In this document: piece after piece, positions 38,086 to 49,396 of the stretch | How positions within the stretch are numbered: position 1 is the stretch's first letter | How the letters are laid out: each line of letters starts with the position of its first letter | Assembly (NCBI RefSeq): GCF_028641065.1 | Contig: NC_073391.1 | Coordinates: forward strand, 25,544,001-25,608,000 | Reading direction: 5' to 3' | DNA: 64,000 nucleotides | Origin: Leucoraja erinacea | Taxonomy: Eukaryota | The notes under the pieces: generated by a model | Told to the model about the DNA's origin: nothing | The model's database searches: none | The model's input: the letters and a program-made list of their open reading frames with translations, nothing else | Position numbers and translations under genes: made by a program

Positions 38086-38536
38086 CTGGACATACCGTCT
38101 GCTTTTAAGTCTGTGAAAAATGGGTTTCTGGAATCAATTTCAAAACCGCTGAGAAAATTTCCAGAAAAGGGATTTAGCAGTTTTGCATCACTAAAACTTT
38201 CCGACTTCATGTTGCTAATCTTTTCAGACTTTTTGACATCTTTCTTGCCAGTTACACGAGCAAAAAGACTAATTTTCTCTTTCTTGGCCTCTTTCTTAAC
38301 ATCCAATGGCTTGTGATTTGCTGCATGTTTGATATCTAAACTTGTGTCTCTGATCTCCCACGAGTCACTGGTATTATCAAAAGGATTTCTACTTCTTGGC
38401 AATGTTGCAGCCTTTTGTGAGGACTTTGTTGGATCATCCCCATCCTTTGAGGCAGAAATTAGGTCAAATTGATCAATCTTGGAGGTGTCCATGCTTTGTG
38501 ATCGTCTATGGGGTGATTTTGGAAGGCAGTCACTCC
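38086..38536 (-). CDS. RAB11FIP2: RAB11FIP2 coding exon 3 (NPF-motif region)
   Basis: Acceptor tcattgcag|GG at 38536 continues phase 1 from exon 2: (G)SDCLPKSPHRRSQSMDTSK...ATLPRSRNPFD...KEKISLFARVTGKK...NPF...MS. Donor AG|gtaagt at 38086; 451 nt, phase 2 out. Confidence 0.93.
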
Positions 38537-39069
38537 CTGCAATGATTTGAATTAAAAAATATATATATATTAACTTTATATTTGATTAAAAATGCATACC
38601 AAGTAAAACAAGAGTAGCTTGAAAAATGAGAAAACCCAAAAAACTTAACACAAAGACATTTAACTGAGCAGGTTTTTTAATACAGTGCCTGACTTTAAAC
38701 ATTAAAACAAAAATCTTAAGATTTTATTTATTCTCATTCCATCAAATGAGAACAAGGTTCGTTTCAACACTTTTAAGTATAGAAGTTGTTTTTATTTCTG
38801 GGAGGTATTTATGAACCAGCTCCTATGAGCAACAAAGAACACAAGGCAAACTCAAAGCAAAACCTTGCGCACAAATGTATTGGAGGTTTAATACCTGCAT
38901 GACACGGTGCAATGCTGCAGTTGCTCTGCTCACCGAGTTGATGCAGATGTTGTTAAAAACATGCAGTTGACTGTGAAATAAAGATTACTGGTTCCTCTGC
39001 ATAATGGAGGCAGCATGCATATTTGAGCATAGATGGATGATCATCTCTGTACTCCCTCGTTGATGCTAT

Positions 39070-39880
39070 GTAGACACAAGAAACTGCAGATGCTGGAATC
39101 TTGCACAACAAACAAAGTGCTGGAGGAATTCAGCGGGTCAGGTAGCACCTGTGGAGGGAATGGACAGACAACATTTATGGTTGGAACCTTTTATCAGACT
39201 GATGGAAAGGGGTGGAGAAAACTGGAAAAGAGACATGGGGTGGGGCAAAGCCTTTATCCATTGGCTCCAGAGATGCTGTCTGATCTGCTGAGTAATGACA
39301 GCACTTTGTATCTCTTTTTTAGTAAACCAGCATCTGCAGTTCCTCGTTGCTACCTGTCAAGTGATAAGTGAATACAAGCAAGAGTGAGAGGGTTGGGGCA
39401 ATTATTAGATGAGTTAAGGAACAGACGAGAGATGAAAAGGAAACTACAGGATATCAGATAAGGAAAGAGGTGGAGTAAAATGTAAGCTGGAGGGAGGGAT
39501 ATGGGTGGAAGATACAGGCCAGGGGAAATAAAAGGAAAATGGGGAACTTTGGGAAGAGAGGAGTGGCAGATGAGTGCATGGCAGGAATAAGAGCAGAATG
39601 ACTGAGGTGGTGAGAGAAATTTGTGCATGCCAATGCAGTGGATACTACGGAGGGTATTGTTTAAAATTGGAGAATTCAATGTTAATACAGTTGGGTTGTA
39701 GGTTACTCAGGCAGAATATATAGGTGCTGTTGTTTCAGTTTGCATGTGACCTCACTCTGGCAAGGGAGGTCACCTAGTACAGAAAAGTCAATATGGGAAG
39801 GGGAGTTAAAAAGGTTAGCTAAAACGGTTACCAACTATGAGGTCCAACAAGCCTTGGTGGACAGAGCACTATGTAGGTTT
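39070..39880. mobile_element. Palindromic Penelope-tail derivative (39070-39350) followed by an old minus-strand Penelope GIY-YIG fragment
   Basis: ctgcagatgctgg...ccagcatctgcag inverted ends; 39660-39870 resembles 60215-60420. Confidence 0.65.
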
Positions 39881-40338
39881 GGTAGCCAATATCTACAAGA
39901 CCATTCATGACATTTGGAAAGCTCATAAGATTAAAAGTTGGGAAGAATGAATGTTTATTTATTTTTTTTAATTTCAAGAAATTGTCCCTCAAAACATGAA
40001 AATTATCCAATATACTGCAACAGTCATGTTGCTAATTACAGTATATATGTAAATCCTATAAGCAAATGGAATGACTAGCATGACATTTTTTTTTTCACCA
40101 ACAATTCATGAACTTCAAGACTGAGAGACATTTGCAAAGGTTTCAGGCCCTCTGCCCAATGGCAAGATGGTCTTAAAAGTGTGGTTGTTCAATACTTTGG
40201 CTTTGCAGCAGCTGCTCATATCGCCAGTGTATTTCTTAAGTAAATTTGTACATTGGAAAGTGCCAGCCTGAAATAGTCAATTATGGACAGCTCCTTGAAA
40301 TGGAAGATCAGCACGTTTCCATACATTATTTGTAACAG

Positions 40339-41100
40339 TGTAAATAGCTTGTTCTAAGCTTCCCCTCAGTCTAGTTTCAGTCAAAAATCACTGAATCATG
40401 CACTTGCGCATCTAAACTTTATTTTGACAAAACACAATTACAGTTCCAACTACTGTACCTAACCACCGCGGGTTCAATCCTTGTATCTGCCTGGTCAAGC
40501 CCTCTTGGCCTCGCTCAAACAGAAACATTCCAGAAGGTCAAGCAGTCCTAAGCGCTCTCCCAGATGACCGACACAGGACCTCGTGGCAGCGGATATTTAC
40601 AGGAACCCGGACCTCGAGGGGCCGAATCACAGGTGGGTAGTCTCTTTACAATCCAATTACAGATATCGATTAACTCCATACATGACAGACATTTCCCTAA
40701 CCCAATAATACAGTGGCTGATGCATTATATTCAAACAGTGTTTCTCAGAGGAAGCGAACATTGCAACATGTGCCCTGATATGCAAGAAAACCAGACAGGG
40801 CTCAATACTTAATCCAATCAACGTCCAGCAAAGTAAAGTTTCGCAACATTGTTTACAACGTATATGTCTGGTTTGCATTCATCCAATCCATTCTATGCAT
40901 TTTGCACCTCATTGTCAGGGTCCGCAGATGTTCCCATTTTCTTCCTGCAGCTCTGATCTAGGCTCTAGACAAACTGGCACCATTCTGCAGCTTGCCCATT
41001 TCTACAGAAAGCACTTTTAAATTGACCAAATGACCTGGCAGCCCAGAAGCCTTTACTCAATTTTAGGGTCCTAGCCTCTCCAATTTGGCCAGGATTAACA
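40339..41100 (-). repeat. 3' LTR of the provirus
   Basis: Minus strand starts TGTTAATCCTGG and ends GCTATTTACA; AATAAA (minus) at 40418-40423; preceded on the minus strand by purine tract ATAAAAGAAAGGAA (41101-41114). Confidence 0.92.
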
Positions 41101-42899
41101 TTCCTTTCTTTTATCATATATGATAAACCATCATTTATGATAACTAAGTAGTCAGATAATCAGATATACATATGTATGTCCATTACATTTTCCATCTATC
41201 AACAACACAAGATGATGCCTATTCCCAGAATCTTATCAAGCTTCCCGATTTTTCACAATTTCCATCTGATGACTCTTCACCTCCCGAGTTTTCGTGGGCG
41301 CAAATTCCCTCCATCTGTGTTGTTGCCCATTCTTCTATCCCTTTCCATAGTTGAACCTATAACCTATAATTCCTGAAAAACTTGGGATAAAGCAAGTTAC
41401 CACTCATGTCCAAATACGTCCCCATACATTCATTGTAATTCTGCTATACTATCCCTTTTCCATTTCACTATCCCTAGCCTATATTCTGCTCTATCACTGT
41501 ATTACTATTTCTATTCAGTTCTATAATATACTCTTTACTATCCTAGGATCAACACTATTCAGCTCTCTCTATAGTCACACGATGTTATAATATGTCTATC
41601 TGATGATGGTTTCTCATATAAATTTCAGCTGGGTTCAATCCAGATTTCCCTACAGACGTGACTCTTATTTAAAGCAGACCATGATAAATGTTCCAATTTA
41701 ACCAAATTCAGCCTCAGCCTTCAAATTTACTCTTTTAAATTTCAGTGTCCATCTCATTCCACAGCATTGTGGATGATAACACAATTCCATTCCAATTCCT
41801 GTGGAATTCCCAGCTGTTCAAATTTAAACAATCAATTTCCATATGTGGTCAATTTCATCATAAATCCAATTAAGAAAGCCAATTTTAAATCTAGGGACAA
41901 TTTCTTTCCACCTTGATAATAGAAGCCACTTTACCATCAAGGGTTAGACAATTTAGATCCATCGGTTAAATACATCGACTGATATCTCCACACCCATTCT
42001 AATTTCTCCTTCTAATTCAACAGACTTCTCCTCCAGTACTTCTTGCTTAGTATGTTGGCTCAGGTCTCAGTCTAGGGGTTCTTGCTTATACCAGTTTCTT
42101 AACCACTGAGTAATTTCTAGGTGGTCTCTTAAAGGGAAGTTCTGTTGTTCCCAGTTCCTCTTTTGACCATTTCCAATTCCACCTCTCATGTTCCCTGAAT
42201 AATTTCCATGTTACCAGATCTTCCCAAGTTCCATCCTTCCTGATGTTCTCTGAATAATCCTTCCCATCTTTGGCTGCCTGTCTGGGGATGAGACAATAAC
42301 AATATCAATTAATAATCAAACTCCAAATATTCCTAAGCCAAATCTCACAAGTCTGTTCCAAATCCGAAACTTTTAAGTCCCTCCAATTCATTTCCATATA
42401 ATTTAGAGACCGAATTCAAAATGTTATAAACTTATTTCTAATAATCATAATTTAGACACAAAGTAAGTGTTCTACCCCAAACCACAGAGGAATGAATGTC
42501 TTATTCAGATTCAGTTCTTCAAAGTGGAGCTTGCTACAATAGTCGTCGTAGGTTGTCGGTGTTGTTTCTTTAGGGAAGATTAGATATTGTTACTTTCCTT
42601 CTTTCACTGGTGTCAAAACTTGATGATGTTAAAGTTGGGTACTAGGGTAGGTTTTCTTCTTCTTCTTTTCCTGATGTCCGTTTCGAGGGAGTGGGGATTC
42701 TGAGGAGCAGCTTTCTCTATCGGCTGGCCTTCCCAGATTTGTCTTAAAGGGACAGGACAGTATCTTTTCCTCCTGTTTTTTGATTCCTGTTTCTGGGGAG
42801 CTACATTACCTTTGCTGTCTTCCGCCCATTCTCAAGGGGCCTGTATATTCTTTACCTCACTCCCCAGATAGTATGTTATCGATTATACTGTCCTGTAGG

Positions 42900-44640
42900 C
42901 ACAAACTCAGTAACACGTTAGTATAACAGTTCCTTTCCCTACTCCTGTACAAGTTTGTTTCTTCTCTCCCTAGTGCCATTTCTTTCTCACACCAGCTACA
43001 ATGTTTCCCTTACCTATAGTCCTTCTTCACTGTGGGTTCTTGATAATTGGATTCTTTGTGTCTTCTCCCAGGATTTGGAAGGGGGTGATGTTCTTTCTGG
43101 TTTTTATTGCCATTTTTGGGCCATGTGAGGACGCCTTCAGATTTAATAGATGGTATTTAACTGGCAGGTTAAGGCTTAAGAAATGGGTTTGATTGTCAAA
43201 TGTTCCTGCCCCCTGATCTCCTTGCCAGTGTCCTCGTCCTCTACGCTCGGGGTCTCAAGTGTCCTGGTGCCCTCTTGGAATCAACTGGTTTCTGAAACCC
43301 CGTGGCCCTCTTCTTTGCCCCCTTCTTTCTCGGTTGTACTCCCTCACAGTCCAAAGTCCCAATTTCCCACAGTTGCAGCACTGGTCTGGTCGGACAACCC
43401 TATATCCCCTCCAGCCAAACCGAGGAAACGTTGGCTATCGGAATGGCAGATCTATCCAAGCTTTGAGATCTTCCTCCTCGTCTTCCTCCGTAGTTATTTC
43501 TCTTTAAAAAAAATTTTAGTATAGGTCTCTGAGCTGCCGCTGGATCAGGCTGCATTAAAGTGCGAACGTCTGCGGCCCGGGAGTCATTTACACCTACTGC
43601 GGAACTTAATACCAAAGGTGGAGTAGGCAGCTTTCTACAAACGAACTGCCTACGGGAAATCCATTCTATACCCCCATCGTCAGGGAATTGCTTAGATATA
43701 ATATTATCAATGTCAGGATCAATTCCTCCGTATCCTCCTGCTGTCTCACCCTCAGCAAAGCTCAAGGGGCCTGTATATGTACTTCAGGAAGGATTCCTTC
43801 ATTTTCCCACTGCTGGATTTTCTAATTAACTTTGGGGCCCAATTCGACAGAACCTTCCTTCTAGCCCCTTGATCTCCTATACTATCCCCCACTGGTGGAC
43901 CAATCATAGCATCTACAGGATCCTTCCCCGATTTTTCCACTTCAGATTTGAATTTAGTGAGAGGAGCCGAAGATACCGTTGACACCTCCCGAATGCCCTG
44001 CTCGCGAGCTGCACATGGTGTCTCTGAACTGAAAACATGAGAGTGCTGTGAGGAATGCTGTGGCTCCATTCCGAAAAATTTTACCCACCCTGTATATATT
44101 TGAGCCTCTCTCCCTTCGAGGTCAACAGATACTGCTGCACTTTTACCAAATTTAATAATTTTCATTTTAGTCGGCACCTCCCCTTTAAGAGCCATCTCAG
44201 TAGTTTCCCTTGTAGAAGATGGTATTCACTCCTGCTCCTGCTGTTGGCTTCCACTATCTTCCTTTCCCTGTTCTGGAATGTCTCGAGAAGGACCAGTTCT
44301 CGCGTGTTCCCCTCTAATCCCTAATTTACAAGCGGCCATTCTTAGAGTGGACAGCAAAACGATCTCTTTATTTATTTTCCTTCTAGTGAAGAACATTCTC
44401 CATATTCCAATTAGCTCATTCCTTTCTTCACTGTTTCCATATTGTTTAACAATTGTTTCTACGTAGTTTATTCCTATTACAGATTTGAGTCCACCCAGCG
44501 GCCAAAGTTCACTTCTCAAAACTCCGTTTAATTCTCCTGATAATCCTCTTAATCTATCTGCTTCATGTGGAAGATCTCGCAAAATATTCTTATTGGTCTT
44601 CCGGGTCAATCGAGAAGTCCTTCTCTGAGACATTCCCCAT
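42900..44640 (-). pseudogene. gag: Decayed retroviral gag
   Basis: ATG GGG AAT (MGN, myristoylation-type start) at 44640; frameshifted matrix-like segment ...LRSELWPLGG...; broken ORFs 44226-44687, 43752-44195, 43400-43765; degenerate knuckle-like CSWCEKE-x-H at 42970-43000 (needs a 1-nt frameshift). No capsid major homology region recognised by eye. Confidence 0.6.
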
Positions 44641-46608
44641 TTTTCTGTATATATAGTTTTATATTCCCCATTATAGTTATAATACATAATAAAATTCCAG
44701 ACTCTAACACCTATTCAAACTCACTCCTTCCTTTCAGACTCCAAGGTCAATGGAATCTCTCCCACACTATGGCTAATCGTCTCTCAGATTCACACCTATT
44801 CGCACAATTCGTTACTCAATCGTTCCTCAATACTTCCAACCGTTACTCAATCACTCCTATTCAATTATTCAAACCACTCGCTCGTATTCAATCGCTCTCC
44901 CAACTCTCTTATCAGTTAGATCACAAACACTTCATTCAACTCTAAACTTTCAAACAAAGGATCACAACCCAAGACTCCAACTCTCAATCACAGTCTCTTC
45001 CAAGCAGCAATCTCTCCCACTCAATCCACTTTAAGTTCGCGCACAGACAGACAAATCCGAACCACGCTAATAAACCTATAATCAGAAATTAAAGTATTTA
45101 AAGTATAAGGTCAGCGGAATGACTCCTCCCCCGACACAGCAATCGACAGAGTACAAACCCTGATCGAACCACCACGACTCAGATTCTCACAATACTACAA
45201 TCTAAACAATTTCAAATAATTCAAACACACTTTTACTTCAATTATCTAATCCTTAAATCCTTGAACACTCACACAAGCAGCAATACAAATGGCGGTCCGC
45301 GAACTGAGCACACTCTAAATCTTAACTTTCTAAATGTTAATACAATCTAAATTTATTTACATGCACAAAATATTTACACAATTCGGATCTGATAACAATA
45401 CAAAAAGCTAGATTTTTACAATTTACAAAAATGATTTAAAGCACTAGCGCACAGTTTACAAACACTTGATCTCAATGCCGCGTCACGCTGTTATCAATCA
45501 GTGAACCTCTCCCTCCGATACCGAAGATTATTCCCTTCCTAGGTTACTCTTTGCTGAGGGGTACTACTCCTTAAATGACTACTTTTTGTCCCAAATGTTA
45601 CTATACTCACGCTAAGACTGGACCTCTATAGGGGGACCTCCTAAGTTTTACAGAATTAGGGGTACCCTTCGCATTCGGGTTACTTTTCACCAAGTAAATC
45701 AGGTTCCCATCTCTCAGGTACTTTTCGCTATCAGATACTAATCGACCAGAGGGTTACTATTCACTATTGATCAGCCGCTATTCGGAATCGATCATGGACA
45801 TGCACAAACTCCGAAGTTCTATCTACGCAGAATTTGAATTCTACCGTACGGGCAGAACTTCAATGTGAAATTCTGTATTTGGAAATTTGATTCTGCAAAT
45901 CTAGACACGTTCTCGAACTCCTAGTTGTGGTGCGTACCACTCCACATACGCGGGCTCGCTAATCAAACTAAATTGCCCAATGAAAAAATCTCGAATGGAC
46001 TAGAGTACTCTCGGCCAATCTATACTCTATCCATCGAGCCCAGTACTTTTATGAGGTTCCTCGTCCGTCACTCCAGGGAGGGACCCAGATGCCTTCACGC
46101 AGACACCCCTCTGCTGGGCACTGAGGGTTCAGCGCCTAGCCTCTTCGCACTGGCAGTCAATGCCGATTTTCAGAAAGCACTTTCCAATCAGCGCTCCCGG
46201 CAAAGATAGATCAATACGTAGACCAGACCTGTGTTTCAATACCCCTCCAATTGGATACCAAATCTGGACAGTGGGCCACCCTTCGCCCAATGAAGCGCGT
46301 CAGGCTCTCGTTAAAGCAGCTGCAGTCTGCCAACTACGACCAAGTTTTGGGCCACTCCACGCCCTGTTTTATGGGCCCCCCAACCCAAAGGAGTGCTAAA
46401 CACCCACCCCTCCCCCCCCCGATCTTACTAGATGCTATTCTAATGATCTTGATTGGACCTTTCCCAAGCCCGTGAATGATCGATCCACCCCGACTAGCGA
46501 AGTGCCGAAATTCAATGCGAAAACTGCACAGTGAGCCCAATTTCGGCACTCGCGATCGAAACAGCTTAACACCCTTGATCGCAAACTTGTGTTTGGGGAT
46601 CCATTGAG

Positions 46609-46626
46609 ATCCCGGATGAGCCCCCA
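46609..46626 (-). promoter_or_regulatory. Primer binding site, tRNA-Pro
   Basis: Minus strand TGGGGGCTCATCCGGGAT one base after the LTR CA; 17/18 match to the MLV-type Pro PBS TGGGGGCTCGTCCGGGAT. Confidence 0.92.
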
Positions 46627-46627
46627 A

Positions 46628-47606
46628 TGCAAATAGCTCATTCTAAGCTTCCCCCCAGTCTAGTTATAGTCAAAAATCACTGAATCAAGCACTTGCGCAT
46701 CTAAACTTTATTTTAACAAAACACAATTTCAGTTCCAACTATTGTACCTAACCACCGCAGGTTAGATCCTCGTATCTGCCTGCTCAAACAGAGACATTCC
46801 AGAAGATCACGCAGTCCTAAGCGCTCTCCCAGATGACCGACACAGGACCTTGTGGCAGCGGACTTTTGTAGGTCCCCGGACCTCGAGAGGCCGAACCACA
46901 TGGGGGTGGTCTCTTTACAATCCAATTACAGATATCAATTAACCTCATACATGACAGACATTTCCCTAACCCAATAATACAGTGGGTAATACATTGTATT
47001 CAAACAATGTTTCTCAGAGGAAACAAACATCGCAACATCTGCCCTGATATTCAAGAAAACCAGGCAAGACTTAATACTTAATCCAATCAACATCCAGCAA
47101 AGTAAAGCTTTGCAAGATTATTTACAATGTGTATGTCTGATTTACATTCATCCGATCCATTCTATGCATTTTGCATCTAATTGTCAGGGTCTGCAGATGT
47201 CCCCATTTTCTTCCTGCTGCTCTGACCTAGGCTCTAGACAAACTGGCACCATTCTGCAGCTCATCCCATTTCTACAGAAAGTACTTTTAAATTTACCAAA
47301 TGGCCTAGCAATCCAGAAGCCTTTACTCAATTTTAGGTCCTAGCTGCTCCAATTTGGCCAGGATTTGGGTGGGCGGCGCGACCCGCGTCGCAGCGGCCTC
47401 TACAGTCCGTCTGTCTTTTTTTATTTTCTTGTCTCGTTTGAGTGTAGTTTATAGTGTTTTTTTTAAACTGGGTATTATCTTTTAGAATCGTTTCCCTGTC
47501 TTGGTTCTTCTACTGGTTTGTATGACTGCAGAAACCAAATTTCGTTTGAACCTCAATGAGGTTCAAATGACAACAAATAAATTGTATCATTATATCAGGA
47601 TTAACA
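46628..47606 (-). repeat. 5' LTR of the provirus, interrupted near its 5' end by a 230-bp insertion
   Basis: Colinear with 40339-41100 with scattered substitutions and a ~19-bp indel; the terminal bases (caggattaaca on +) resume at 47596-47606 after the insertion. Confidence 0.9.
47366..47595 (+). mobile_element. Short non-autonomous retroposon inserted in the 5' LTR
   Basis: 7-bp TSD CAGGATT (47359-47365 and 47596-47602); GC-rich head gggtgggcggcgcg...cagtccgtctgt; 3' stem-loop tttgaacctc-aat-gaggttcaaa followed by tgacaacaaataaa and a short simple tail. Confidence 0.8.
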
Positions 47607-47959
47607 ACAGTACCAGTTAGTTTTGGAATGCCAAACTGCATCCTACCCTTCAAAAACAGCCAGTCCCCTTTCCGCAAGATCCTCATTGAAACAATTTTGG
47701 CCAAATTTCAGTCCCTTCCTTATTCAAACTGCATTCATGTCCACAATATCATTGTGTAAAAAAATAGCTTCCATTTTGACACTCAAGTCTGTGCTGGGGC
47801 TTTCAAAAAAAAAAAAAAGAATACAATTAGTCCAAGATAGCATTGAACAAATCTCTAATCTCGGTTCCATTTCATTACCAATCACCTCTATCTGCACCTA
47901 CTTATTATCTACTTCAACCACTGGAAAGAGTAAGAACGGAAAGCTACCACTACCCAACA

Positions 47960-48420
47960 TGAATTGTGAATACAAAATCCAATGAGCCTTCCCTGCTACA
48001 TTCACAAATACCAGTCAAACTGATGAATGGGTGACCCATGCTGACTTCATCCAGAGATCTCCAACATAATAGAAGCCAGTCTTCTACCAATTCAATTAAT
48101 GTTAAATCAAGAAAATCCAGAGCACCAGATTTATCAAAGGCCATGAGACCAGAAAACACCTCAGATGCACTGAAGATCCTTGCATCACAAATCGCCACAC
48201 CTCCAGCCAAGCTGTTCCAATAGTGTAGAAACACTGGTAAATAAGCTACAAGATGGAAAACTATCCAGGTCTGGCCTGCTCTCAAACAAAAATGCAATAC
48301 AGATTAATTAGCACTCAGATGTTGGGAGGGATATTGGTAGGGTATCAGGTAGGGTATCAAATGGCAGTTTCTTGCCCATGCCTTATTTAGACAATTTACT
48401 TCCAGATAAAGAAAGGTGGT
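47960..48420 (+). mobile_element. Old LINE RT fragment
   Basis: DLSKAMRPENTSDALKILASQIATPPAKLFQ resembles the KA.GPD.I....LK....L..PL..LF pre-RT motif of CR1/L2-group LINEs. Confidence 0.55.
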
Positions 48421-48714
48421 TCTGGTGGCTGAATTGAACCCATTTCAGACCTTTGGACCATTACCAACTGAGCATCTGACCAATTCATAACATCCAATTC
48501 AAAATAATCTTCAGAATATTTTTAAGACCCATTTACTTTGTAAATGGGTCCTAAAAGTAAAATGCATTTTACTTATTGTTGCACAGTATATGTTAATAAA
48601 GGTTAAGAATGGAACAAAATCTGGCTATTTCAGGAAGCAATATTTAAAACCTTTTTGTAAAAAGATTTAAGTTTATACTTTAACAAAATCTTAGCATTTT
48701 GTGACCAAACTTAC

Positions 48715-49154
48715 CCATTTTTTCTCTTGAATGAGTGGAATCCGAAGGAGGCTTATAAACCATATGGCCTATGGTATTGGATTTATGTTTTTCCAGTGGC
48801 GGATGGGGATCAGGTAAATCTGACATTGACTGGGCAGAGGATAGTTTCTGAGATCCCAATAGGAAATTTTTTTTTGGCTTTGACTTTCGCTGTTTATCAC
48901 TTTCCATGGCTTCTTGATCAGGATTGGCAGAAGTTGTACTTGGAATGATTGCAGATGAATGATCAGAGAACATGCCATCATTTTTCCTTCCTTTCATTTT
49001 GTCCTTTAGTTTGGCAAAAGGGGATCTTGTTTTGTCTTTCATGGAAAGATCAAACATACTCGCAGTCATGTTGTTTCGTATAAACTGGATGCAAACTTGG
49101 ATTGCTCCTCTTTCTTTTTTTTTCTTTCCTGGTTTGGATTCTAACTTGAACCAT
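48715..49154 (-). CDS. RAB11FIP2: Rab11 family-interacting protein 2, coding exon 2 (end of C2 domain plus linker)
   Basis: Translates WFKLESKPGKKKKERGAIQVCIQFIRNNMTASMFDLSMKDKTRSPFAKLKDKMKGRKNDG...KLSSAQSMSDL, which closely matches class I Rab11-FIP2. Acceptor ttctgtatttag|A at 49154, donor G|gtaagt at 48715; 440 nt, phase 2 in, phase 1 out. Confidence 0.95.
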
Positions 49155-49396
49155 CTAAATACAGAACACAAGTCTGTTACCATGGATAAGATATGTTACA
49201 TATGGAAAATATCAATTCAACCTTGCAAAGCAATGTAAAATTATTTTATTGTTGTAATTTTAAAGGTGCAAACAATCTCTGTAAATTCAATGACAGTGGG
49301 CAGATCAACATGATGGATTATGTAGCATATATTCAACAAAGCATTTAATTAAAATTCCTCTAGTTTGCAATATAACATGCACTTTCCGTTCATATA

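Larger units (their letters stand above)
40339..47606 (-). mobile_element. Endogenous retrovirus (class I, gamma/epsilon-like), two LTRs, non-autonomous
   Basis: ~760-bp direct repeats at 40339-41100 and 46628-47606; TG...CA ends; 4-bp TSD ACAG at 40335-40338 and 47607-47610; tRNA-Pro PBS next to the right LTR; polypurine tract next to the left LTR; decayed gag. Confidence 0.93.

Noticed and set aside
41952-41975. YLTDGS as evidence for a pol (RNase H) gene
   Set aside because: Short match, followed by stops, with no other RNase H, RT or integrase motif nearby; kept only as a caveat.
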